Shown here one piece after another: positions 35,020 to 47,900 of a stretch of DNA of 64,000 nt. Origin of the DNA: Azolla caroliniana (lineage: Eukaryota > Plantae > Polypodiophyta); the NCBI GenBank assembly GCA_043228905.1, contig JBHGNT010000012.1:8246001-8310000 (forward strand), in the 5' to 3' direction. The notes beneath the pieces were generated by a model, which saw only the letters and a program-made list of their open reading frames with translations, was not told the DNA's origin and searched no databases. A program made the translations under genes and the position numbers. The first letter of the stretch is position 1. The number at the start of each line of letters is the position of its first letter.

Positions 35020-38000
35020 CGTTTGGTTGGACAGCCCTAGATCTCTACAGCCCATTGGTGGTTCCATTTCCTCTAAGCAAGTTAGCAATGTGTTATTAGA
35101 TCAAGTAATGGTTAGTACTAAAAGTACTCCTCCAGTATATGTCTTAGCACTCTTAGATTCCGGATCCAACTCTTAGATAGGAATTTTGCCCAAGCTCATC
35201 AGATATCCCTAAAGAAACTCCCATGTCTAGCCTCTATAGTAGTCATTGATGGTCGTCCCATTGCTTTCGGGAATATTATAAAAGAGTCAAAACCCGTTAA
35301 TATTGTCCTAGATAACTTAGCGTGTGTAGTATCATTTAATATAATTAGTATCCCATAACATCCCATTGTTTTGGGATTACAATGGTTTGAATTACATAAC
35401 CCAGCCATAGATTGGAGAACAAGAGAAATACAATGTCAACAAACCCAAGGATCTACTCATAAGATTGCAACCATTTCGCTACATTACTTGCGTGCTTCCA
35501 TCAGTTGCGTGAGGAAGCATGGAAGGAAGAAATGTTTTTCTTCGCAATATTAGTAAACCCCTCCAGTATCAATAAAGAGGAGTCCACCGTTCAACTTCTA
35601 GAGAAGTATCGTCATTATGCCGATGTGTTCGATAAAGTACGAGCTAATACGCTTCCTCACCATCGACGGTATGATTGCCCCATTGATTTATAACCGGGAA
35701 AAGAACCACCATGGGGACCGATCTACAATTTGTCACCAATCGAGCTAGAAGTCCTTTGAGCCTATATAGAGGAGGATTTGGCAAATGGTTTCATTCGACA
35801 TTCGAAATATCCAACCGGCGCACCCATTTTCTTCGTCAAGAAAAAGGATGGATCACTTCGTCTCGTTGTAGATTACCGTGGGTTGAATAAAGTCACCATC
35901 AGGAATATGTATGCACTTCCCCTTATCTCAAGTCTTTTAGAATGGATCAATGGTGCACGGTACTTCACAAAGATCGACTTACGAGGAGCGTATAACCTCG
36001 TACGGATCCGACCAGGAGATGAATGGAAGACTGCGTTTCACACCAGATATGGGCACTTCGAGTATACGGTCATGCCATTCAGCCTCACTAATGCGCCAAC
36101 AGTCTTCCAACACATGGCAAATGATATATTCCAAGATCTCTTGGATGATTTTTTGATCATCTATTTGGATGATTTGCTGGTTTATTCGAAGACCTAAGAA
36201 GAGCATGATTCTCATGTATTGTTAATACTAAAACAACTTCGAGAACATGGTCTTTATGCAAAACTGGAAAAATGTAGTTTCGGGTGCAACCAGATAGAAT
36301 TTTTGGGCTATGTCATTTCCTCGGAAGGCATCTCCATGGATCCAGCTAAGGTCAAAACGGTGGTAGAGTGGCATACTCCACGTTCATTGCGAGATGTGCA
36401 ATGTTTTTTAGGCTTTGCCAATTTTTACCGCAAGTTCATACAGGATTACTCAAAGCTTGTTCTGCCTCTCACACAACTTACCAGGAAGGGAAAATCGTTC
36501 GTTTGGTCTGAAGAAGCGGACATTGCTTTTGAGAGTCTTAAGAAGGCATTTACATCAGCTCCTATTTTAGCTTATGTTGATCCAGAGAAGCCATTCATCA
36601 TTGAAGCAGACATGTCGGATTTCGCCTTGGGTAGCATTCTGTCTCAACAAGGCGATGATGAGAAGCTACATCTTGTGGCTTTCCATTCACGCAAGTGCCG
36701 TGGAAATCAACTATGAAATTAATGATAAGGAGCTATTAGCAATAGTGGACTCTTTTACGCAATTGAGGCATTTTCTAGAGGGGTCTTCTCATGAAGTCAT
36801 CGTATTCAGTGATCACAAAAACCTTGCCTACTTTCAGAATGCTCGTGTGTTAAATCGACGTCAAGCTTGGTGGGCCCAATTCCTCACTCATTTTGACTTT
36901 AAAATTACATATCATCTGGGGAAGCGACAAGGGAAGGAAAATGCATTATCACGAGATTCGTATCTAGCATCGCGTACCGGCGAGCCGGCTTTCGATAACC
37001 AAAAGCAAGTAATCTTGGGACCGACACGACTGCAAGCAACACAGGTCTTCAATATGCCCTTGAATTCCGACATTATCGATACCATACGTGAGGACTTGAA
37101 GACAGATGTTTTTGCTCAAGCCATTCTAGCACAAATTGATCCCTCTCGAGCATCTTGTTCACAGTCGCAACAACAACCAAGTACGGACTATCAACAATTC
37201 GAATGTCATGACGGATTACTATTCTTTAAGAAACTCTTGTATGTTCCTAATGGTACTTGTCGCCTTCAAGTAGTCCAATACATCTGGGCATTTGGGTAGT
37301 ACTAAAACACTAGATTTAGTACAACGATCCTTCTGGTGGTCCCATATGTGACAATTTGTCGAAGATTTTGTTTGGACTTGTGATACATGTTGCAGAGCAA
37401 AAATGTCAAGGCATTATCCATATGGTTTATTAGAACCATTACCAATTCCAAGCAAGCCATGGCAATCCATTGCCCTAGATTTCATCACAGATCTTCCGGT
37501 CTCTAAGGGATTCGATGCCATCTTAACAGTAGTAGATTGATATACGAAGATGGCCCATTTCCTACCATGTACTAAGGAAATCTCCAGTGAAGAAACTGCC
37601 GAAATTGTCATGCGTGAAGTATGTCGGCATCATGGCCTTCCCCATAGTATCATCAGCGACCGTGGACCCTAGTTCGTCTCGAAGTTCTGGAAGCACCTCT
37701 TTAAAATGCTTAAGGTCACTTGTAACCTCTCCTCCATCTACCACCCACAAACAGACGGCCAAGTAGAACGAACAAATCAAATGCTGGAGCAGTATCTTCG
37801 GTGCTTTTTAAGCTATCATCAAGATGACTGGGCGAATATTCTCCACTTCGCCAAATTTGCGTATAATAACTATGTCCACTCATCGACAAAGGTGACACCA
37901 TTTTATGCTTACACAGGTTGTCACCTTCGGTGGTGTGTATTTGAAACCCTAGAGTTACCTACAAAATCCTTGTGTAGAGGATCGTTTGGAGCGGCTACGT

Positions 38001-38618
38001 AAGATACAAGCGGATTTATCTACTCATCTACAACAAGCTCAACAAACACACAAGGTTTCTGCGGATCATCATCGGCCTCCATCCAGTTTTGACATTAGAG
38101 ATTGGGTGTGGCTACTACGACGACACATCAAGACTACTCGCCCATGCGAGAAGTTGGATTACCTGCGATTAGGTCGTTTTCGTATTATCAGAAAAATTAA
38201 TGATGTCGCTTTTCGTCTCGATCTACCTCCACAACTTCGGATACATCCGGTGTTTCATAGTTCTCTCCTCGAACCCTATCAAGACATCACCCTCCCAAGC
38301 CGTATTAAACAACCTCCACCCCCGATCGAGCTTGAAGATGGACCTGAGTACGAGGTTGCCGCCATCCTCGATTCCAAGATTGTTCGTAACAAGCTCTACT
38401 ATTTAGTCGATTGGCTAGGATATAGTCCCATGGAGCATACTTGGGAACCAATAGAGAATGTGACCAATGCTCATGCTCTTCTTGAAGACTTCCATTGTCA
38501 ATATCCAGACAAACTAGGTCCTCAATCCAAAACGACTCGTGACACTCGTAAATATCCAGACAAACTGGGTCCTCAATCCAAAACGACTCGTTGTTTTAAA
38601 GGGGGGATAGTGTCATGA
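35020..38618 (+). pseudogene. Gypsy pol (protease, RT, RNase H, integrase, chromodomain)
   Basis: ALLDSGS; [26 protein letters not shown]; EADMSDFALG, DKELLAI, SDHKNL; SDRGP, HPQTDGQVER; EYEVAAILDSK..YYLVDWLGY..TWEP. Frameshifts and stops; 51-bp tandem duplication at the 3' end. Confidence 0.95.
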
Positions 38619-39060
38619 TATGGCAAGACTCGAACCCACGACCTTATGTTACATGGGTCGAGCTCTTGACCATTAGACTATATGTTGTAATACGAAGGAT
38701 ATTATTTTCATTTAGGTTTTACTATAGAAAATTGATGTATATTCCAGATTTCTCTAGAACATTCTAGAAACTTTAGGAGTACTCATGAGAACACTATAAA
38801 AGGAGGCACAAGGCATTATTTCGAACCAAATCGGTTCAATGCCAGTCTTAAGCCTCCTAGCTACTATTGTATATTCCCTTAACATAATATATATCTTTTG
38901 TTATCCTCATTCTCTCTCTCTCTCTCACTCACTCACTCTCTCCTTCTCTCGAGAGTTCTATACCTTCCTTAGTACTAATCCTCATCTTTTAGTACTAATT
39001 CCTTCTCTGTTTTAGTATTGTTCCTGACAATACTTCTCTGTCTTAGTACTACTCCTGACA
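38611..39060 (+). repeat. 3' LTR
   Basis: TGTCA...TGACA, 450 bp. Confidence 0.95.
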
Positions 39061-39065
39061 CTAAG

Positions 39066-39328
39066 ACTCTCGAAATTGTTTAGGGCAAAGTGTGCATAGT
39101 CGACCACCCTCATCACTTGTGCTCCAATGCCTCGTCTTACATTGCAATGTATATGAGCTAAGTCACATGGAAGCAATGATTCGAATGGCAGATAATGGGA
39201 TGGGATCATTGCCTCCATGTGAGTTAGCTCACATGCATTGCAATGTGAGACGAGGCATTGGAGCGCAAGTGATGAGAGTGGTCGACTATGCACACTTTGC
39301 TCTAAACAAGTTTGAGAGTTTGAGTATC
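39066..39328. repeat. Fold-back inverted repeat made of LINE family B sequence
   Basis: Arms 39066-39182 and 39204-39319 with a loop of about 20 nt; the ORF track shows near-identical peptides on opposite strands. Confidence 0.9.
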
Positions 39329-39367
39329 CTAAACCCGCTAAACCCTAAACCCATGTATTGATGTGTA

Positions 39368-39430
<63 letters not shown>

Positions 39431-39636
39431 TAACACAACCCCTAAGGATGAAAGGGAAGTTGATTTAGCAATTTTTGCAACTATGTTATATGGGGATGTT
39501 TTCCTAAGAGGAGATAGAGGTATGTCATCTAGTTTTGCAACAATTTAGAGGTTTTCCTTTGTAGTATCACTACTAATGAAGTAGTGAAGATAACAAGGGT
39601 TGTATTATCATCTTGTTTTCATACAAACATCAATTT

Positions 39637-39681
<45 letters not shown>

Positions 39682-39842
39682 TACTCGTCATTTGAATTGG
39701 TGGGTAGGGTGGCATTGAGTTTGGTGTCGTAGTATTCTTTAGATCCCTAGATAGAAGGGTTCTATACTTTGTAGTAAGTTAGTCATGGTGGTGTTTTTTT
39801 CTTTTGTAATGAAAGCCATTATTTACGAAAAGAAAAGAAAAG

Positions 39843-39897
<55 letters not shown>

Positions 39898-40755
39898 CAA
39901 AACATTGGAGATTGTAGTTGTACGATTAATTGTAGTTACATTAGGATGTACAAGTGTTATCACTCACACTCCAAAAATGACTAGCCTCCTCCAAGCCATT
40001 GGTTTTGACTACATACATATACTTGCCCTTAGAGGGTTCACACTAGGCTAGCCTAATTGGCCATCCACTCTAGCATGTTCTTCTATACAACAACAATACA
40101 CCTTCAATAGTCTTGTACCTTGACTACATACTAATACTTAAGCATCAATTCCTCACGAAGGGCCAAATATGCCTAACTAATGCAAATAAGAAAATTTGCA
40201 TGAGACATCCATTTCAATGGAGAAGAGTTCCCCAAATGTATGCATTACGACATCTATGACATTCGATTTGGAGAATGCACTTCCCTAAGGGGGATATTGA
40301 GATGAACGACACATCATCTGAGCCCTTTTCCTTGGGTGGCCATACCTTATAAATGTCAAGCTTGATTCACATGAGACCCTTATAAAAACGACAATTTCTT
40401 AGCAATCTTGAGTGCACTATCTTTTTATATCCTTCCTTCCATTTGGGTGATGTGAAATTAGGCCCAAGAATAGCCGATGACACACAACCCTTTGATAACA
40501 AAGGCAACACACGTAACGCCAAACTTTTCTTCTTAGCAATGCATCATAATATCATCGGGGCAAATAAACCTCACTCAAATACACCCATCTACATCGGCAG
40601 TTTCCAGCCACATGTGTAGCGAACACATTCCTTCTCTAAAGCAAAACGCATTGCATTACCCTGCCCAGGAAGCATAACAAATCGTCGAGAAAACGGTCAG
40701 GCTCTTCGACACAACACTCACATTATACAAACATGTGTTTATAGAAATGCATAGA

Positions 40756-40827
<72 letters not shown>

Positions 40828-41557
40828 TTCTTCTTCCTTTAGTACTGCTACTTCTTTTTGACATGTAATGCTAGCAAAGGAATGGAAGGAGGAGTTAGGA
40901 AGGTAAGTATAATTGCATGGGATGGAGTGGGACATGTGGATGGCTCTCAGGACTGCCTTTCCTCCTCCAACAAAATTCCACTCTTTCAATCTTTGAGACA
41001 TACACACATACTCTCTTGTCTGTCTGTCTGTCTGTCTGTTTAAGCAGCAGCAGCAGCAGCTTTATTTTTAACCAGTGGTTTAGTAGTAGCAGAGGCCATG
41101 CTCTTTTCTCGGTCATCAAAAAATGTATATACATACTTAGGGATTAGGTATGGAGAGAGGGAGAGAGAAGGGAGTGGAGGAGGAGAAAGAGGAAGAAGAG
41201 GAGCAAGAACAGCAGAATCTGTAGCCTTTTCTTTTTCCCTCCTTTAATTTTCCATATCCCTAAATTACACATACCCTCCTGATTCATTATCCCCTTCTTC
41301 TTCTTCTTCTTCTTCTTCTTCTTCTTCTTCTTTCTGGGCTGAATTTAAAGCAGATTTCTTTTTCTCCTTCTTCTCTCTTTTTTCTTTCTCTTTTTCTTTC
41401 TCTATCTTTTGAACTCTCTCTCTCTCTCTCTCCCTCCCTCACACACTCACACACGCACGCACGCACAATTTCATTTCATTTGGAATGTCATTGTGCAGAC
41501 CTAATTAACTCAATATATCGGTTGCTCTGTTTCCCTGCTTTTGATATATACATATAC

Positions 41558-41588
<31 letters not shown>

Positions 41589-41929
41589 TGTATTTATTTA
41601 TTTATTTATTTACGTATATATATTTAAGTGTATATAGATAGTAATTTGGGTTGAATAAAACTAATTACATGTATTAATAACGATGTTTGAAGCAGAGTTG
41701 TCAAGAGTTCAGGGAAGCAGGGAGCAGAAGCATTAGCTAAGATGCTCAGCATATGCATAACTAACTGCATACTAACCTGCAATTAGTCAGAGAAACAGGG
41801 GAAGGATAAGTTAAGAAGCTCGGTGTACTAATTGTATATATTAATTACATCCTAAATACTTAGTTATTATAGGTGGCCTATTTATGAGAAGCCAGCTTCA
41901 GTTTTAGAAATAGATCCTCTTTTTCTGCA

Positions 41930-44900
41930 ATGTCAGATATTGATTCCTCACCTTTCCCTACATTCTTTATCTCATCAAATAATGATGACAACAACAATAA
42001 TAATAATAATAACATCAATGATCATAATAACACTAGCAATCCCGTTAGCAACCCTCAAAATCTCACCTTTGCAAATCTCAACAACATTCTAGATTTACCA
42101 AAATTTATGTCTTTAAACAATCATCGTTATGTCAAAGAATTAGAATTGGGATTAGAAGAAGAAGATGATGATGATGATGATGACCATCAGCATCATGACT
42201 TTGCAGATCATGATATTTTGTCATCCATGTTGGAAATTGAAACCCCTAACTGGCTGCGGGATGAACCTATGTGGCTTAGAGATCATGAGATTCTTCTCAA
42301 TTGCAAAAACACCATGGTGGACTGTCATGGGTCTAATGGCTTATCAATGAGATTCCCTGCCATAGATCACAGCACAGTATCTGAGAAGTGTTTCTCAGGT
42401 ACGCTGGGGTGCAAGGATAATACAATGGAAGTCAATGGTGAACCTCATGATTTCACATCACAAACAAGTTCATTCCAACAGGAGGGTTGTGATTTCAAAT
42501 CATGTCAAACAAGTTCATTTCACTTCGAGAGCTGTGATTTCACATCATGTCAAACATGTTCGTTCCAATATGAGAATTGTTCCAACACCCATGTCTTTAG
42601 TATTAATTTATGCAAGAATGATGTTGAGCCTCAACGTTTTACATCACAAAAAACCTCAAATTTCCATGAGAATTATAATCCCTTAGGTACTACTACTAAT
42701 GCTGCTGCTGCTTCTACTAATACTACAAGTACTGATATCCTATGCAAAGATGATCATAACAATTTCACATCACAGACAACCTCTAATCACCATGAGAATT
42801 GTGGTGTCTTGAGTATAAACTGCAAGGATGATGTTGAATCTCCTCTTGATTTCACATCACAAACTATTTCAATACCCCAGGAGTATTGTGGTGAATCAGA
42901 TGTTTATAAGGATTCTAGAGGAACGTGTGAGGATGGGTTCATGGCTTCCAAAATGGCACATGTAAATTTGGGCTCGAAACTTAGTAAGGACAAAGGTCTA
43001 ATTGCTGATAGCATTGATTGTGATGGTATTATGGAACTTCAACAAGATGTCAGGAGTGTAAATAATAGCCCAATGAGTAAAGATCAACAATGGTCCAACA
43101 ATGTTCAAGATCCAAATCTTGAGCAATCAACCAGAAATCTAATAGCAATTGATGAGACTTTCAATGACTGTTCAGTCGCCAGTAAGTTCACTTTATGTTT
43201 CATTTTTATTATGATAGTTTGGTTTTTAGTCTAGCTTTTGACCTTTACTTCAGATAAGGAATCAACCAAAAAGTATCTTCAGCAATTGCTTAAGACATCT
43301 TTTACTGTATAACAAGGCTTGTTTTTTTTAATATTTTATATTTACATTACAGAAGCATATCCAAATATATCAAGCATCTTTACCATGCAATTCTTTTCTA
43401 TATTTGATTTGAGTTATTTTTTATGCTGATTGCCTTCATTGTACAGAAGAAATCTAAAAACAATATCCTTTAAATAATATTAATAATCTGTTTCAAAATT
43501 ATTCTTTCATTTTTCATGTAAACAATGAAAAACAAAAAGCATTGTCTAGTAATACTGTAATTCGGATGTATTTTGAAGGTGTAGGAGACAATCATCCTAT
43601 TGAGGCATTAGTCGCAATTGATGACACATTCAAGGACTGTTTGGCTATTGGTAAGAAACTAAAAGTTTTCAAATGGTTATTCTCTGAATTCAGTTCCTGT
43701 CAATCAACCATTTTTTCCTTGCAAGTCTTGGTGTTCTGTTCTTTCATATAACAAGAATCTACATTATTCATGTATAGCCTTGTTTTCTTTGTAAGTATCC
43801 CTATTGTAATTCATAGTTTTCAAGTCACTTTTTCGTTGGATTTAATCAACAAAGTTCATAATTCATGAACACGTCACACAAAATGTTCTATGATCTCCAG
43901 AATTACAAGACTTGTCATCCTTCGACACTTTGAACCAAAATCTCAGCAATGTGAAAGCCAACGACTCTTCTCGAATTAATGATTCATGTGCCCCCACACT
44001 TGGGACACAATGTATATTCTCCAATTGCTTATCCTCAAATCTTGCCACATTCCCATCTCCAGGGGACGTGTATATTAACTATAACCAAAATGTGGTCGAT
44101 CATGGAAGACTACCACCACTTGTGTCTCTGAGTACACCTCGATTCAGCTTTCATCCACAACGTACTCGTGACTCTCACACTATGGGCACCCCGTTGTTTT
44201 GTCCAAGTCCAAGCCCACAATTGAGGATGACAACCCCCTTGATGCCATTGCCTTCCGAGGCAACATCATCACTTGCTAATAATATGTTCAAACAAGAAAC
44301 GATGGTGAATTACAAAGGCAATACAGTCCATAAGGATGATTGCATATCAAGCTCTTTCGTATCCAATGACCTGGGCAATTTACATTGGAGATCTCCCACT
44401 GCAAAAACACGTGCGGCTCGGAAGCGCCGAATAGCTGAAAACCGCCTTCCAATTCAGGAGGTTCCACGCGTACAACCAGCAAGAATTAAGGCATTGGATC
44501 GGACATTGGCATTACAGATGGTGGCTTCCCAAGAGAAACAAACACCGACGTCTGAGGAAAAGGTATTTTTTTCATTTTTATGTATTAATGAGTGTATAAT
44601 ATATTACATACATAAATATATGCATAATTGTGGGTACACACAGATATACATACATGTTGGTATGTATAACTCTTGTATCTTGATTTCTTAACATTAAGCA
44701 CCCACGGTAGTGTGTTGTTCTGTGTGAAATATCATAGGTTCATGATTATGAGTTATTGCAGAAGATGGGCATAGATACAAATTTGAGATTCTTGTTGCAG
44801 AAGGAGCTCAAACCCAGTGATGTTGGAACACTGGGAAGGATTGTGTTGCCCAAGGTAAGGGTTAATTCTTCCAGAGTTACTTTTTCTTGAAAAATATGGT

Positions 44901-47900
44901 CCATCATCTATGTTTTTCAATGTAGGTATATTTAATGCTAACAGCTATACATAATATAAACAGCCTCTAACGAAGTTATGGTCTCCAACATATGATATAT
45001 GATAGAAATAGTCACAAAAAAATTTCATCCATTAGGAGAGATTGATTGCTCAGCTGTATTTTACAAACAGAGTATTCAAGCCTTGAATGTCCAAACGAGA
45101 TTACATGAATCTTGCATTTAATGCCTACTTTAATTTTGTTGTCATCTTGATGGGTTTTAAAAATTGTTAAGAAATCTGTAACTCAGATTTTGTCTTTGAC
45201 CCCTCAGACTCAATAATCGGTAGCTCCTTGAGTTCCAGATAACGTTATACTTTTGTGTACCATATTAATTTGCATATGTCAAACTTTAACTCTCATAATT
45301 CTTAGCTATGTTTGTTTATAATACTGTGGTTATGTTTCAGTCATAAAACTGACCATGAAAGAAATGATAACTAAGAAAGAGGAATACCAATTATAGTGAT
45401 GAAGATATTCTATTAAAAATCTTTATTATTCTGATCTCAGTTGGAGTTCTTGACGGCATGCAAACAATCTCTCTTTTCTTCATAGAGCGCTCTACTTACT
45501 GAACTAATATTCTATAGATTGATTTGGTTCAAAATTATGCATTTGTTCCACTCTTTCATCAGACCATTGTTGTGATCCCAGCTATTTAAACCAACTCCGG
45601 GAGATATAGCGTTATTGACACAAATTCTCAATTCAACTCAGCCTGCCGTCAGTTTCTTCAACACTTATCTAGCGTTGGGATGCATCGAAGTTTTCTTAAT
45701 AAAACGTTTTAGTAGGATGTGCTATATTTATGTCTTTCTCATTTTAACTTTAACAAGCTTTCTAGATTCCCATATATTTCTACCTACTAGTCTGCAAAAT
45801 TTTTGAGCAATTGAGGATTGCTTTCTGATGTAAGAATAGGCAAGAGACTTCTACATAACCATAAGCTTATCATCTTTTACGTTTATGGTTTTTTATGATT
45901 GGATGCTTGGAATGCATCAGACTTCTACATAACCATAAGCTTATCATCTTTTACGTTTAGGGTTTTTTATGATTGGATGCTTGGAATGCATCAGACTTCT
46001 ACATAACCATAAGCTTATCATCTTTTAAGTTTAGGGTTTTTTATGATTGGATGCTTGTAATGCATCAAATTTCTTTTTAGCCAAGTTCCATATCAAATCT
46101 TTGAATCAGCTTCATAAGGTTCAGATTCAGCTTATTTGAGAGTGGATATGTATTATTCTCATCAAATATCAGAATTCTTTGTGCCTTATTCTCACAGATC
46201 TGTTACGCGTCTATTTCAAATTCTCAGCTTCCAATATATCTAACAATCTTTTATTGAATTCAGAAACAATATGGCCAGCAGCACAATATGATCAGGAAAC
46301 TCTATGCAGCCCAGGAATCTTACTAGTGTTTCTTCAGCTTATTCAGAGTTTTAGAGATGCATGAACCCTCTTTGAGGAGGGTTGTGCATCACATCCTTTT
46401 ACGAGTTATAGAAGTTACAGGAGCATTCTAATTCCATATTTTCTCACATTTCTCAAAGCCTTGCAAACTTTTGTGTAGTAGTGGTCAGATCCACTCACTT
46501 GGGAAATATAAAGAGACACTCTATAATCTGTTACAAAACTAGAATTAGAAGTACATTTGATGATGTCTTTATGGATGGAGATCCCATGCAATCATTTAAA
46601 ATTTCATTCCGAATCATTTTCTATCCAGATTTCATACAAACATGGTACACAAACCATGAAAATAATCTAAATTGGGGTACTCATCTCTGTATATGAGGTT
46701 ATGAGTGCACACTAGTAATGGACCGCAGCCTGCAAATGAAAGCTCCTAACCTTTGGTATGAATACGGAATTGAGTTCTTGTTATTTGTGAATGAAATTTT
46801 CACATGAGTTCAAATTAAAGTTCTACGATTTCTATTTAGTTGATTACCAAATTGCTCGGGCTCTAGTGAGATGTAGGGTTCAATAGCTTCTCTCACTTTC
46901 CTAAGAGTTAATGAAAGGTTTAAGAAAAAAGCATGATGGCATAAGTTATTAGGGATGAATAAAACGTGCAGAACTATGTGCTAAATATCGCAAACATTTG
47001 TCATGGTCCATTTGTGGTGGGTCTCTATATGTTTGAAGATGGTATTGCAGATCATTCATTAAAGATTATCATGAGTAGGTCTTAGACAAGGATGAGACCT
47101 TCCCCCTCCTTACGAAGTCTATCCCTTTGTGACATCCCCAGAAGTGTAATTTCTTCAATATCAAGTCTGTTTTGTTTGATTTCTTTTCTTTTCTTTCTTG
47201 ATACTCTTTGTTTTGTCCTACCATCACTTATCACTGTGTCAAAAGGCTAACTTACCTATACATGCTTTGAAGGAATAAGTACTTCATAAAGGTTATCTCA
47301 TCATCTTGTTTATGGTACTCAACCTATAATGTATTGGTCCTAACATGCAAATAAGTACCAAGTACACTGAATGCAAAACTCCTACTTAGGTTTTGATTTC
47401 AAACACCAAGTACCTCCCCTGATTAATATTTTTTTGTCAAATCTTATCATTTATTTCCTTCACTACAAATTTGGAGGCTAAGTAACATCTTAGGTTGATT
47501 GTGTGTTACTTCAATACCGTTTTCTACACCATCCACCAACATGTAGGCTTGTTGTTCAATTGAGTTCTCTGTTTTACTAAAACATCATTTATTTAAGAAA
47601 CTCTTTTCTTGTGTGTTGTCTGGTCCTTTCTTTCACTTTTATTTCCGTTTCCAGCTCCTCATGAAAATGCCCAACTTTCATGAGTTATTCTCAACCTATA
47701 CTCTGTTTCTCTATATTCCACTTCCCAAACTTCCCTTATATGTCAGTATTGTATTTTTGCAAGTTAGAAAATACAGTATCAAAGTCAATGACATTCACTA
47801 GCCATACTAAAGCTGACATGTCAACTACTTGTAACCAACGAGACGGGTACCCTCCTTGGGACTTTCCATCTGAACTACTCCACCATGGAGAGTTAATGAA

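Larger units (their letters stand above)
33322..39060 (+). mobile_element. Complete but decayed Ty3/Gypsy chromovirus (Tcn1-like)
   Basis: Two LTRs, PPT AAGGGGGGATAG at 38599-38610, gag-PR-RT-RH-INT-chromodomain order, degenerate 5-bp TSD (CTCAC / CTAAG, target CTCAG). Confidence 0.95.

Noticed and set aside
38615-38685. Functional tRNA gene
   Set aside because: Anticodon and acceptor stems do not pair properly and it is part of an LTR; reported as tRNA-like only
39940-40420. Possible minus-strand L1 remnants (also near 12270-12320)
   Set aside because: Only short patches of similarity to the L1 3' region; boundaries not supportable
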